Under the pieces are notes generated by a model. It saw only the letters and a program-made list of their open reading frames with translations. It was not told where the DNA came from and did not search any database. DNA of 63,992 bases, the filler included. It is 4 parts of 4 records of this genome, joined end to end, with 100 filler letters (N's around TTAATTAATTAA, not from the genome) between each part and the next. Parts side by side here need not be neighbours in the genome. Positions count along the whole stretch, not along the records: positions 37,285 to 58,795 come from SRR31147125_2084; 3 more parts are not named here. One strand, 5' to 3'. Positions 44,393 through 55,875 of the stretch are shown piece after piece. Numbering within the stretch: the first letter of the stretch is position 1; each line of letters begins with the position of its first letter. The position numbers and the translations under genes are program-made.

Positions 44393-46657
44393 CTATTTAA
44401 TTTCGTTAGTAGAAATTACCAGTTCATCAAGAGTAAACTCTGAAATCGTTACATGGTCAGTTATACCAAGATTTTTATATGTCTTTTTTATTTGTTGATA
44501 GTTTGCTTTATAGTCATCCACTTTGAGACTCTGCTTCATAGCGTTAACCGGATTTGACATTATCAGCTTTTTGGGTGCCATAGCAACAGCCAGATGTGGC
44601 ACATCATAATACTTTAAAATATTCGGCACAAAGATGAATGGAGAATGACAGTAAGAATCAGTTTGAGTTAAAGAATACCACGATCCTAAAAAGTGATTCA
44701 TCACAACAGCCTGTACCGATTGTTGCAGCAGCCCGGCATGTAAGGCTAATAACGCGTCATCACCCTCACCAAAGATGATGATCATTTGAGGATTAACATG
44801 TGGCAGGCTTGCCAAATATTTCACACCTCGAACCACGTCAGCGACTCTCTGGCCAAACAAGGATACGCCTAATTCATAGGCTTCCGCAGTTAAAAATCCA
44901 TCACCATTCTTTTCCCAAAACAGCTGAAATTTGTCGATATGTGGCATTTTTTTCTGATAGGGAAAATCAGTCAATTTTTCCTGATAACCTCTCACATCCA
45001 AAGCCATAACAACCAGATCACTATTCTGGAATTTTCTCAGAGTTTCGATACCATTCACTTTACCACGCTCGTGAAGATACAGTACTGCTGAATATTTTTT
45101 ATTATCTTTAACCGGTTTCATCAGAACAGCAGGTAGCTGAATATTTTCTTCTGTTTTCAGTAAAAGCTTTTCTATCTTTTTATTGCCAACTATTTTTGAG
45201 CTAACCAATCTTACTTCCGGCAGGTATATATTTTCCGGCAACTGACACACTTTTTTTACCTGATGAATTATCTTTTCCCGATATTTTTCAGCTTCTTTTA
45301 CTGATTTAATATTGGGTATGTTTGGTATAATTCGTTTTGCTTTTTCACCATTGATTGAAAATTCCGTCTCGCTATTAAACGCCTGATAAACAGTGGAACC
45401 CGAGACACTTAAATCATGCTGATCATAAAAATGCATCTCTTTTTCGTTCGGATTGAGTTCTTTTTTTCCAAAAAGTTTATCCAGCCACATGTACATGGCT
45501 TCACGAAAATCTCTGTTATAGCCATGGGGATTACCAAGTATTCTCAAATCAACACTATTTCCCACATCGAGTCGCTCATAAAGATCTTTTATAGTGTGGA
45601 AAGCATTCACGGCCTGCATAACTGATGCTTTATCACGAGAGGCATTGAGAATAAGAATACCTTTGGGATTATTTACCAGCAATTGATCCATTCTCTCGAG
45701 GCCAAAGTGTAATGATAATGGCAAATTTTGATCACCATCCGGATTGGAAAACCCGGGACGGAATTCCGTACCACGATAAAACATGGAACAAGCCGGAATC
45801 AGAGCAGAAATCCGCGGATCAACCGCACCCAAAAACCGGGTCGCGTTTCCTCCGCCAGATGCACCTGTAACTGCCAGGCGACTGGAATCCACATCTCCTC
45901 GCTGCAGCAAATAGTCAACCGCACACATAGCATCCCAGGTAAACCAGGCAGCCAGATTTTCACCGGTTAATTTTAACGGGAAATTCAAATAGGCATGCAA
46001 ATTTGTATTCATACCCAGTATAGATTTGTTTTTCTCGAAATCCCAATAAAAACAACGCTCTCCCTGACCTATTGGATCAAATGTGATGACGACATATCCC
46101 CTTCTGGCCAGTCCAATACATCGGGCCTGGATATCCTCAGCTGCTTTGCTCAAAATGGCAGGTTCCCAATGACCAATCAATGAGATAACACCCGGATAAG
46201 GAGGTTGCCAGTTTGCTGTTGGAATATAAACGTTGGCTGGTACAATATATCCTTGCCGACTTTTAAATGTTATTTTCTCGATCAGATAATCTGGTTCCTG
46301 AATTCGATCACAGAGCCTGATATCCAGAGGGGTTTTTGCTGGAAAATCTCCAAAACAATCAATAAAGTGTGTTCTCAGTTCCTCACGATAAAGATTGTAA
46401 TCTTTTATCGTGGTAATCTGATTAAATTTTTCATGTCGTTTTATGTAATTTTGAGTCTCTAATTCTCCGAAATAGTTTGCCAGCATTTGTGGTGGAGAAA
46501 CATTATTGTCTACGTGCTCTAATACAATCAGATCATCCATCTGCAATGTATCAGCTTGACTGGCTTCTGCAATCTGTGGAATATAGAGCGCAACACATGC
46601 TAGTGTAAAAAACATCAATGAAAGCTGAATTTTTTGTATTATTGCATTGACAAACAT
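44393..46657 (-). CDS. Acetylxylan esterase-like tandem alpha/beta hydrolase
   Basis: DPIGQGER, VTGASGGG nucleophile elbow, second degenerate hydrolase domain. Confidence 0.8.
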   Translation of the reverse strand: MFVNAIIQKIQLSLMFFTLACVALYIPQIAEASQADTLQMDDLIVLEHVDNNVSPPQMLANYFGELETQNYIKRHEKFNQITTIKDYNLYREELRTHFIDCFGDFPAKTPLDIRLCDRIQEPDYLIEKITFKSRQGYIVPANVYIPTANWQPPYPGVISLIGHWEPAILSKAAEDIQARCIGLARRGYVVITFDPIGQGERCFYWDFEKNKSILGMNTNLHAYLNFPLKLTGENLAAWFTWDAMCAVDYLLQRGDVDSSRLAVTGASGGGNATRFLGAVDPRISALIPACSMFYRGTEFRPGFSNPDGDQNLPLSLHFGLERMDQLLVNNPKGILILNASRDKASVMQAVNAFHTIKDLYERLDVGNSVDLRILGNPHGYNRDFREAMYMWLDKLFGKKELNPNEKEMHFYDQHDLSVSGSTVYQAFNSETEFSINGEKAKRIIPNIPNIKSVKEAEKYREKIIHQVKKVCQLPENIYLPEVRLVSSKIVGNKKIEKLLLKTEENIQLPAVLMKPVKDNKKYSAVLYLHERGKVNGIETLRKFQNSDLVVMALDVRGYQEKLTDFPYQKKMPHIDKFQLFWEKNGDGFLTAEAYELGVSLFGQRVADVVRGVKYLASLPHVNPQMIIIFGEGDDALLALHAGLLQQSVQAVVMNHFLGSWYSLTQTDSYCHSPFIFVPNILKYYDVPHLAVAMAPKKLIMSNPVNAMKQSLKVDDYKANYQQIKKTYKNLGITDHVTISEFTLDELVISTNEIK

Positions 46658-46790
46658 TTTTATAACTTTTTTATAAATACGGAAAACAAGTGATCTTTTT
46701 TATATGGACTTGATGTCTCTCAAAAGTGTTAAAACTATTAATGGTAAAAATACAGGCCTCACGTTATCATGTCCATGAAGCCTGGTCAAA

Positions 46791-49700
46791 TTATTTTAGC
46801 AATAACATTTTTCGGGATTCTATGCTTTGACCAACCGATAATTGATAAATATAAAGTCCGGAAGCAAGCTTGTTACCATTCCGGTCGGTTGCATCCCATT
46901 GTACACTATGAAAACCGGACCTCATTTCTTCGTTTAATAATTCCTGCACAAGTACGCCATTCACATTATAAATATTTAATTGTACTTTACCGTCATATCC
47001 CGCTGGAATCGAAAAGTTAATCGTCGTTGTTGGATTAAAAGGATTTGGATAATTTTGCTCCAATACAAAAGAATGCGGTATTTTGTCTGTTTGACCGTCT
47101 GTCTCATCAACAGCACTGGGAACAACTTCAATAACCTCATAATTATCCAATACATAAGGTAAATTACTACCACCGGCGGCACTTCGGGTACCTACATAAC
47201 CTTCTGTTAAATCGTCATGTTCAACAGTTACCTCGGCATAACGTCCGGAAATTGGCTGAAACAAATCATCTAATTGCTGCACCGATCCGGTTAAAGTATG
47301 TCCAACCGCTTTCAGCTTAACGATATACCAATCATTAGGTGTGATATCCATTGTTGTGCCATCATCCCATTGATTTTTTTGCACGAGATAGGATCGATTT
47401 CCTGCTTTTTCATAAACAATTTCCAACATATCCCGGCTTGAGCCCGCCCAGATAAAATAGGAATCGGAATTTTCCTGAACGCGAAGCGCTAAAGGACCTT
47501 CCCAGCAGTCACTTGGTCTGTACAATGATCTGAGTTCAACATCCTCGTAAACGCAAGGTATGGCCAGAATAGATGATTTAAATCCGGATCCGCTGCTAGG
47601 TCGCCCATAAGTTCCAATTGTTCTAAACCTCCAAAGTCACCAACTTGCCAGTTTGTAAGACCTTGTAAATTTAATTCCATGGAAAAAGGTGTATATAAGC
47701 CGCTCTCAAAATCGACGACACCATAAAATTTTGAGTCCGCCTGAAAATCCTGACCATTCATGTCAGCAGTGATATCAACAAGACTTTTCGTCATTGGATT
47801 AAAGAAATATCCTTCCAACAAAGGCTGGATCGTTATCTGTGCACCTTCGCGAACCATATCAAATTCATATTTTCCATCAACTCCAGTTGTGTCCGTGGCC
47901 ACCATGTCGCCTGAGAGAGTGACAATAACTCCCTCTAAACCATCATTTCCCTCGAGAATAGTACCTGATACCGAATAATAGGTAATAGGATAACCCACAA
48001 AGTTAATTTCACTCACATCTGAATCAGTGACATCGATCCTGACTTTTTGTGGTTGAAATTGATAAACACCTTCTTCAGGTGTGATGGTATAAGTTCCAGG
48101 AAGGACATCAAAACCAAAATCCCCATTTTGATCTGTAGTGGTGCTCACACTGATATCCTTGTTTTCTAAATGAACATTCAATCCGGATAAGAACTGTCCG
48201 CCTGCAAGAGTAATACGCCCGGAAACGTGACGATATTCAGGAACAAACATTCTAAAATTTAAATCATCAACATTAAAGAAATTACCACAAATATTTTTGT
48301 GCCTGGGTGAAGAAATTTGTCCTTCCAGTACTGGAGTAATCCTGTAATCACCCTCAGGCACATTAAAACTGTAATGCCCGTCAGCATCTGTCATTGTCGT
48401 TGCTTCTTCATCGCCGCTCAACATAATGGTCACATCCGAAAGAGAATTGCCGTTCTCATCTTTAACAAATCCGCCAATACCGGAGCTCTGAGGCACATTG
48501 GGATCAGTAGAAATCATATAGACCTTATTATCAACGATCCATTTGCCACCAGCAGCCATCTCATTTGGATCCAATACAACGTCAGGAATATCTCTGCCAA
48601 ATGCGTAAACCACAGAATGGCTTCCATCGGACGTAAAAGAGATACGATTTGAGATGACTTTATCATTGACGGGAATGGTATAATTGGGATCAACCTGAAC
48701 AGCCTGGTTAGCACCAAGACAGCGTGCATTCATCCCAAAATAAGAGAATGAATTATTATCTGCCTGCACATTGGCATCTTCAGGAGCATACATAACAAAC
48801 GTATTTGGACGGTTCACATCATCATAGACTAACATGATATCTGGTTGTAACAACATCACATGCCGGACAAACCGGATATCATTTCGATAGGCATTTGAAA
48901 CATCGCTGCAACCATAGATAATACCGTTATTATGGTAATAAAAGGTTAATTCGCCTAATTGATAAAATTCCTGCAAATCAAATAATTCTGTTGAATCCCG
49001 AGGCTCAGGATATCCATTATAAATTTGAGAACCAAACTCGCCGGCAAATTCGGAATAAGAGCCAACCGGTTCACTTCCCGGAATCAATAGTGTATTGTGG
49101 TGTTGTGAATCTTTTCCTACCGGACTGCCCGATGTGTAGCCAGCATCGATGGCAATCTGTTTATCTCCGTACGACATGGTGAATGCACCATTATCCATAT
49201 GTCCATGATGACCGAAATAGTCTTTGGTTTCAAATGCAAAATAAACGGCATTTTCACCCCAACCTGAACGCCCGGTAACAAGACCCATGCTAAATTCACT
49301 CTCATTGACGCCTGAGGTATATGTCAGAGGCATATCAGACCACTCACCTGCTGTAACAGTTGGATCATAAAAAACAAGCATGCGCCATATTTCGCCGGAC
49401 GTGATTGTCATTGTTTCCTTGTACAACGTTTCAATATGTTCGGTCCAGCCTTGCAGAATTGGATCATTTGTTAACCGCGCGGCATAAGCAAGGACATTCC
49501 AGTTACGATAATCAAAGCGACCAAGATGACAGTCATCCCATCCAGCCAGAATATGAGCATTATCATGCATCTGCACGATCCAATTGCCGGTGCCTCTAAT
49601 CAATTCCATATTCGGTGTGATCAAATCAATATCAGCAGCTCTTTTCAGGCATTCCATGGCCATCCAGGAATCTGTCATGACCGCTTCAGAATAAGGACCT

Positions 49701-50350
49701 GCACCCTCATACCAGCCACCGTTTGGTCCCATAAGATATTGTGCCGTGATAATATCCTCGAGTTTTCCCATAGCCCAATCAAATAATTCCTGATTCGGCA
49801 AGTATTCCCATATAGTAAGGCATCCCATGATAATACCGGAAGTTACCTGGGTTCCACGGTTATTTAGTGCAGACAGATCCCAGTTTATATAGATATTTTG
49901 AGCCTTTTCCATTTCGATCAGCAGGCTGTTTGCACATTCTTGACGTTCATTTTCTGACATACTATTGAAAGCCTGGTCATAAGCTATCGCAGTTGCTCTT
50001 AAAACGCGTCCCCAATAACTCCAGTTTGTTTCCGAACCATAATTTTTATAATCCTTTAAAGCTGTAACGATACGTGAGACATGTGTTGTATCTCCTGTTA
50101 CAGTGGTATAAATACCGCCACAAGCTGCATCAAAGTAACCTTCGACACTGCTCTCATATTCGTTGGTAGCGTTAACTTCAACGCGTCTCCAAACAGGATG
50201 GGATTTGTATTTGTTAATAAACTCAGATTGTTCTTCCGGGCTCAGTAGTAAACGAGGATGATCACTATTTACGGTTATGTCCTGGCTTTGGACATTTGAA
50301 AAAATCACAATTATAAAAATCGGAACAAGTAAATAAAAAGACCTGCGCAT
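46791..50350 (-). CDS. Heparinase II/III-like polysaccharide lyase with carboxypeptidase-regulatory-like repeats and C-terminal sorting domain (frameshift near 47550)
   Basis: HPRLLL, GGWYEG..Y, RSGW, H.H.DNG.F, HNTLL; three SG.V/T.TD.DG.Y.F repeats; one extra T joins it to ORF 46791-47525 ending QNYPNPFN. Confidence 0.8.
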
Positions 50351-50524
50351 GGCCCATCTCCTTTGTGAATAAAATTCTGCCACTTTTCAAAATACTCATT
50401 TAAAAAGTATTATCAACAGATACAGAGCGGCCTCTCAATTTAACCAAATCCACTAATCGAAACGCACATGAGGATTGAGAGGCCCGGAAAATCAGTCTAT
50501 ATTAAATAACGAACTGGTTCACTT

Positions 50525-51367
50525 TCACGATACAGGTAATTGCTTCATAAACTGAGCAAATACGGGAAAAGCGATTTCAGGTTCTTCAATCTCCGGAATC
50601 CACATCTTTTCCCATTCCAGCGTAAAATAGCCACTATAGTCACTATCTTTTAAAAGAGTATAAATATCTTTTAATGGTATGTCTCCTTTACCCATAAGAC
50701 AAGGCCAATGACCTGCCTGTACACTCTTTTTAATACGTGAATCTTTCCAATGCGTATACCTTATCCATTTTCCAATCGTCAGCCAGGTTTGTTCCGGCTT
50801 TTCACCGATCAATCTGTATGGATGATGCGTATCCCACAAAATACCGACTGATGGAGAATTGGCTCGCTCCATCAGTTTTTTTAAGAGGGAACAATCAAGC
50901 CAGTCGTCATGTGTTTCTATCAACAGGATCACATTATAATCCTCAGCAACTTTGGCCATCTTTTCTAACTCTCTGGCGGCAATTTCAACGGCTTGCTCTT
51001 TCGGCATGTCGTTAAAGTAGCCGGCAAAAATCCTGATATAGCGGGTATTAAAGATGTTACATAACTGACAATAAGATTCTACCTCTTTAAGATTTTTTTC
51101 TGTCTTACCGGGAGACATATCATACGAGATAGACACCGAACTGGAAAAACACGGAACCTCAAGGTTTGCATCCTTGAACAGCCCTAATGTTTCATCAGCT
51201 TGAGTTGAAAATTCCGGTAGATTAAAAATATCCATTTCTCCGAGATAGCCACGAAAATCGACACCATTAAATCCAAATTCCTGCGCTTTGGAAATAATGG
51301 TTGTCATATTCCAATTCGGACATCCAAGTGTTGAAAAGGCAATTTTAAAACGATCTTGCATAAACAA
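50525..51367 (-). CDS. Sugar phosphate isomerase/epimerase (xylose isomerase-like TIM barrel)
   Basis: FSTLGCP.W, IRIF, ETHD, LWDTHH, HWKD, LEWEK.W. Confidence 0.85.
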   Translation of the reverse strand: MFMQDRFKIAFSTLGCPNWNMTTIISKAQEFGFNGVDFRGYLGEMDIFNLPEFSTQADETLGLFKDANLEVPCFSSSVSISYDMSPGKTEKNLKEVESYCQLCNIFNTRYIRIFAGYFNDMPKEQAVEIAARELEKMAKVAEDYNVILLIETHDDWLDCSLLKKLMERANSPSVGILWDTHHPYRLIGEKPEQTWLTIGKWIRYTHWKDSRIKKSVQAGHWPCLMGKGDIPLKDIYTLLKDSDYSGYFTLEWEKMWIPEIEEPEIAFPVFAQFMKQLPVS

Positions 51368-51393
51368 TTACCTGCTATAAATGAAATCAAAGA

Positions 51394-54300
51394 TTAAAAA
51401 TAAAACTTTAAACCAAACCAAATATCTCTTGGCGGATACCACATCATGTATTGGCGCTGCGGCATATATTCATCATCTACGACATCACCAAATTTTTTAT
51501 CGTTTTCAAACAACTGTTCCATATAGCCGACCGTGTAATCTTTCCAGTGTGACACATCATCGAAGGATGAGGTAAGGACATCTTTACGTTTATATTCAAC
51601 CTCGCCACCATCGGCTGCAATTTCGAATGGGTCTGTATATGGATTTTTATTATTAAACAGATTGGTTATGGTACAGGATAATTCCATAGAGATACCATGG
51701 GTCTTTAATTTTTTACTTAATGTGAGGTTGGTCTGACTATAATCTTTTTCCCGATGGTCAAGCACATACCGCAAAGCTTCCACATCATTCGGATTGTAAG
51801 AGTACGGTTCTCCTAATCGCCATTCATAAAAAACATTCATACTCCACTCACCCATTAATTTTGCACCCAACAAATCCGGTCCAGGGCCAAAATTGTATGG
51901 TGTATGCAAATTGATATTTGCTTTGATTCTCCAGTTACCAGGATATTGAAAGGCGGCGCTATAGGGATTACTCACAACACGCAAATAGGTATTATAAGAC
52001 GGATCCATTAAATAAAAGTCAGATTCAGGGTTGTAAAAAGTACTCCAGCCCAGCTCGGATCGCTTTTCAATGTTATAATCAGAATTTATAAAACCGGTAA
52101 TATATTGACCATAATTCTTGCGAAGAGAAACCTCAAATCCTTTAATATCTCGTGAAATGCCATTGTATGGATAATTTTTACTACCACCGGTACGCGGGCG
52201 ATAATTTATCCAGGCAATATCATCGTTTACATCTTTGTAATACCCTGAAATATTAACCACATAATCTGAAAACAGCCGCTGTTCATATCCAACTTCAAAC
52301 TGAATAGTTCTGGGAGGTTTTAACCATGGGTTACCCCAGGCGGCCATTGTGTTCCAGTTATCACGGCCACCTTCAAAAGCATACATGGCACGATACGACG
52401 GTTGTTGATAAAAATGACCGTAATTAAAATAAATTTTACTTTCCGGTCCAATCGGATGTGAAATACCAAACCGTGGGGAAATGGTAAAATGAGTTTCAGG
52501 ATGACTATCCGCTTTATTGCCATAATAGGTCGTTGAATCATCCAATCCATAGGAAGGTGCAAAAACATCCGGATCCGGTAAACTCCAGCCGGAAAATGGA
52601 TCAGATCTGTCATACCAGTCTGAATTCGGCTTAAAGGCGTCAAAACGAACACCAAAGTTCATAATCATGCCTTCATACTCAATCTTGTCCTGTACATAGA
52701 GAGAGCCATATAATTGTCGAATTTTTTCCTTGGGTTTGTTAAAGAGGAACTCTTTACCCGGGCCTTCGTCTTCCGGCCAGTCCTCTTCCAGGTAAAATTC
52801 CGGATATTGTATGCCACCATAAAAATCAAAGGTTGTCGTGTGTTTTAGTTCAAACCCTGCTTTTACTTGATGATGGTCATTCAATTGACTTGTGACATCA
52901 CCGGTTAATCTGTGATTATGCTCCCAGGAATAGTCCACTTCACCTAAATGATGCATTTTATAAACACCCAGAATATCATATCGGTCATCTGCCTGGTCAA
53001 AACCGGAATTCCAATACATGGGTATCTCTGTTAAATCAACAGGACCAATTGTAATGGCTGTCGAATCACTTCTTCGCCATGACCGTGGATCTTTATTGTT
53101 TTTCACCTGGCCGTATTGATATTGTAATTGATAAAATGTCCTACTATTTAATGTATGTGTGAGTTTTGCACTGGCATTAGCTGTATATGTTTTTCGTGGC
53201 GTCATCATGCCATCGTAAGCAAAAATATTAAAATTATTTTTATAGGCATCATACATGGAAAGCATGCTATTACCGGCATCGACACCGGAAGAAGCAAATG
53301 CCCCCATATAACCGCTCGCATTAGTAGATTGCTTTTCTGAATAGTAACCATTAACAACGAATTTGATATTCTGATTGATATCGGTTATTAATTTTAGATG
53401 TGTTGTATTATCAATAACCGCTTGTTCAGCAGCAAAAAAGGGATACATTGAATAATCATAATGATGAGACAACACAAAACCGGTTTTGCTTAAAATAGGA
53501 ATATTACTATTCCATGGAAGAATGGGTCCTGAAAATGTAAAATCCACATTCCAATCCGGATTGTAAGCATAATAATTTAGTGGATGATCAGCTTCCTGCT
53601 GCACTGTTACCAACTCTCCGTTTTCATCTGTAAAATAGCCAGGTTTCCCGTCTATCAACACATTACCATCCCGATCAACAGACCTGTGCTGCCACGCCCA
53701 TACCTCATACGCTTGTCTTGGTGACAATGGTTGTCCATGGAATACATGTGTACTGGACCAATCGTTCCAACCTTCAAAATCTGCTATACCATCCTTATTC
53801 AAGTCTGCTGTGGGTTGTCCATCATTCCACAGAAATCGACCATATTCCCACCAATTATCTGCAGAGTAAACATCTGGCCCAAAATGCTTTCTGCCATCAT
53901 ATTTCCCCATCAAAGGGCTAATATTGGTTTGTAAATTGAAAGAATATTTTTGACCGGGATTCTTGGTCACCACGCTGACAATACCGGAACGGGCATTACC
54001 ATATTCGGCATTAAAACCACCTGCCAATATTTGAACCTGCTCAATTGAAGTCGTGCTTAATCGACTTGAATTTCGCCCTGTACGTTCATCTTTTAACAGT
54101 AATCCATCCAAAAAGTAAGATATTTCCTGAGACGCGCCTCGACGAATAATGATTCCATGTCCCTCATCCTGGATACCAGCTTGTGTTACCAGACTATTAT
54201 CGAGTTTAAAGGCTGCCGGGATTTCATCGATAGAACTACCGGTAATATTGGTTTGTGAGTAGGACACATCTTTACGTACAAGTTCACGGTTGGCAACTAC

Positions 54301-54660
54301 ACTGACTGTTTCTCCCAGATCTAAAACCATGGAACTTAATTCAAAATGCGACTCAATAGTACGATCAATCTGAACCACAACATCCACTATTCGCATTGGT
54401 TGATAACCAATCATTGTAGCCATTAGTGTGTATTTTCCAGGGGGTATATTGAGCATAAAATATTGCCCTTTAATATCTGTAGCAGCCCCCATGCTTGTAC
54501 CCTCTATAATCACATTTACACCGGGTAACGCTTCACCAGTCTCTTTATCCTTTACAACACCGGATATCTTTCCTGTTGTACCGGCATAAATGGGTAATAC
54601 CGTTATTAATAGCAAGAGTATTATCGCTATTATAGAATCGGTTGGAAAATTTTTAAACAT
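51394..54660 (-). CDS. TonB-dependent receptor with N-terminal carboxypeptidase-like domain
   Basis: AGTTGKISG.V.D.ETGE.LPG, plug GGFNAEYGNARSG, SPRFGISHPI, C-terminal F; GGAGGAG RBS before ATG 54660. Confidence 0.92.
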   Translation of the reverse strand: MFKNFPTDSIIAIILLLLITVLPIYAGTTGKISGVVKDKETGEALPGVNVIIEGTSMGAATDIKGQYFMLNIPPGKYTLMATMIGYQPMRIVDVVVQIDRTIESHFELSSMVLDLGETVSVVANRELVRKDVSYSQTNITGSSIDEIPAAFKLDNSLVTQAGIQDEGHGIIIRRGASQEISYFLDGLLLKDERTGRNSSRLSTTSIEQVQILAGGFNAEYGNARSGIVSVVTKNPGQKYSFNLQTNISPLMGKYDGRKHFGPDVYSADNWWEYGRFLWNDGQPTADLNKDGIADFEGWNDWSSTHVFHGQPLSPRQAYEVWAWQHRSVDRDGNVLIDGKPGYFTDENGELVTVQQEADHPLNYYAYNPDWNVDFTFSGPILPWNSNIPILSKTGFVLSHHYDYSMYPFFAAEQAVIDNTTHLKLITDINQNIKFVVNGYYSEKQSTNASGYMGAFASSGVDAGNSMLSMYDAYKNNFNIFAYDGMMTPRKTYTANASAKLTHTLNSRTFYQLQYQYGQVKNNKDPRSWRRSDSTAITIGPVDLTEIPMYWNSGFDQADDRYDILGVYKMHHLGEVDYSWEHNHRLTGDVTSQLNDHHQVKAGFELKHTTTFDFYGGIQYPEFYLEEDWPEDEGPGKEFLFNKPKEKIRQLYGSLYVQDKIEYEGMIMNFGVRFDAFKPNSDWYDRSDPFSGWSLPDPDVFAPSYGLDDSTTYYGNKADSHPETHFTISPRFGISHPIGPESKIYFNYGHFYQQPSYRAMYAFEGGRDNWNTMAAWGNPWLKPPRTIQFEVGYEQRLFSDYVVNISGYYKDVNDDIAWINYRPRTGGSKNYPYNGISRDIKGFEVSLRKNYGQYITGFINSDYNIEKRSELGWSTFYNPESDFYLMDPSYNTYLRVVSNPYSAAFQYPGNWRIKANINLHTPYNFGPGPDLLGAKLMGEWSMNVFYEWRLGEPYSYNPNDVEALRYVLDHREKDYSQTNLTLSKKLKTHGISMELSCTITNLFNNKNPYTDPFEIAADGGEVEYKRKDVLTSSFDDVSHWKDYTVGYMEQLFENDKKFGDVVDDEYMPQRQYMMWYPPRDIWFGLKFYF

Positions 54661-54739
54661 AACTCTCCTCCGTTTGGGAAAATGCCTTGAAATCATCAAC
54701 CACAGAGTTTCGAGACATTGCATCGTCTTGTTAAGTTTT

Positions 54740-55815
54740 TTAATATTTAAAACTGATTGATGTAACATGTACATTATCGAGTGCATAATCAGAAGCTTTG
54801 TAGGCGTAATCAATACTGATTATTTTTGAACTCCAATTCCAATCAAAGCCCGTTCCGAGAGTCAATCCTTCAGAACTATAATTTTGTTTATATCCGGCTC
54901 GTAGAAAAATAAAATTCATTAATCCATACTCAATACCATAATTCATACGTTCAGACCAATCCCGTGGGTGGGTTCGCTCCACATTAACAGTAACAGAATG
55001 ATCCTCAGAGTGATAATTAAGTAAATCCATGATATCACAGGAAATCCCAAACTGAAATGATAATGGCAAATCGTATTTTTCCCGCTCGTATTTTATTTCA
55101 CTTCCAAAATTTTTAAAGGCCATTGCAAAGGACAATCCTCTCCAGCCTGTATCATAAATGGTCCGAAATCAAAAGCAAAAACAGTTTTTTTAGCATCACT
55201 GGCACTCTGGTCCCATTCACCACTTTCATTCAATACAGCTGTTCGTGATTGCACTCCTCCTGAACCAAGCAGATCCTGATGCGCAACTTTAACTTGACCA
55301 CCAATAGCAAATTTATCTGATATTCGGCGCCCATAGCCCAATCCAACAAACATTTCAACCGGGTTCATTTCCCCGATAACATTATACCCATTGGTTTGGC
55401 TGGCATCAATTTCAGTAGCAATTATCGGATCGCCATAGTCATAGTACAACAGACTAAGGCCAAAAACACCCAGGCTGCCACAATCTATGGAAGCAGCTCC
55501 AGCAAGTATTTTCGTATTCAATAAATAACTCATATGACTAAACATGGCCTGTCTTCCTTCAGCATAAGCTATTCCTGCAGGATTGTAAAAAAGAGAACCG
55601 GCATCTCCATTACGAGAATCCGTAGCGTCTCCCATGGCCATGGACCGGGCCCCAGCGCCAAATTTTAAAAATGGCATAGCTGCTTGTCCTACACGCTTAA
55701 AATCATCCAGATCATCTATTAAATCTTGTGTGTATTCCTGTGCTTGCGGCCGTGCTATTGTCTGCCACAACATAATAATCATAAAAACGGCCATTACTGA
55801 TCTTGTTTTTTTCAC
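54740..55815 (-). CDS. PorV/PorQ-family outer membrane beta-barrel (frameshift near 55162)
   Basis: FLKFGAGARSMAMG, FYNPAG; one extra base restores FDFGTIYDTGWRGLSFAMAFKNFG. Confidence 0.82.
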
Positions 55816-55875
55816 CGTTTCACCCTTTCATTTTATCCACTTTTTAGAATATTGACGTATATCAAATCAATGTAT

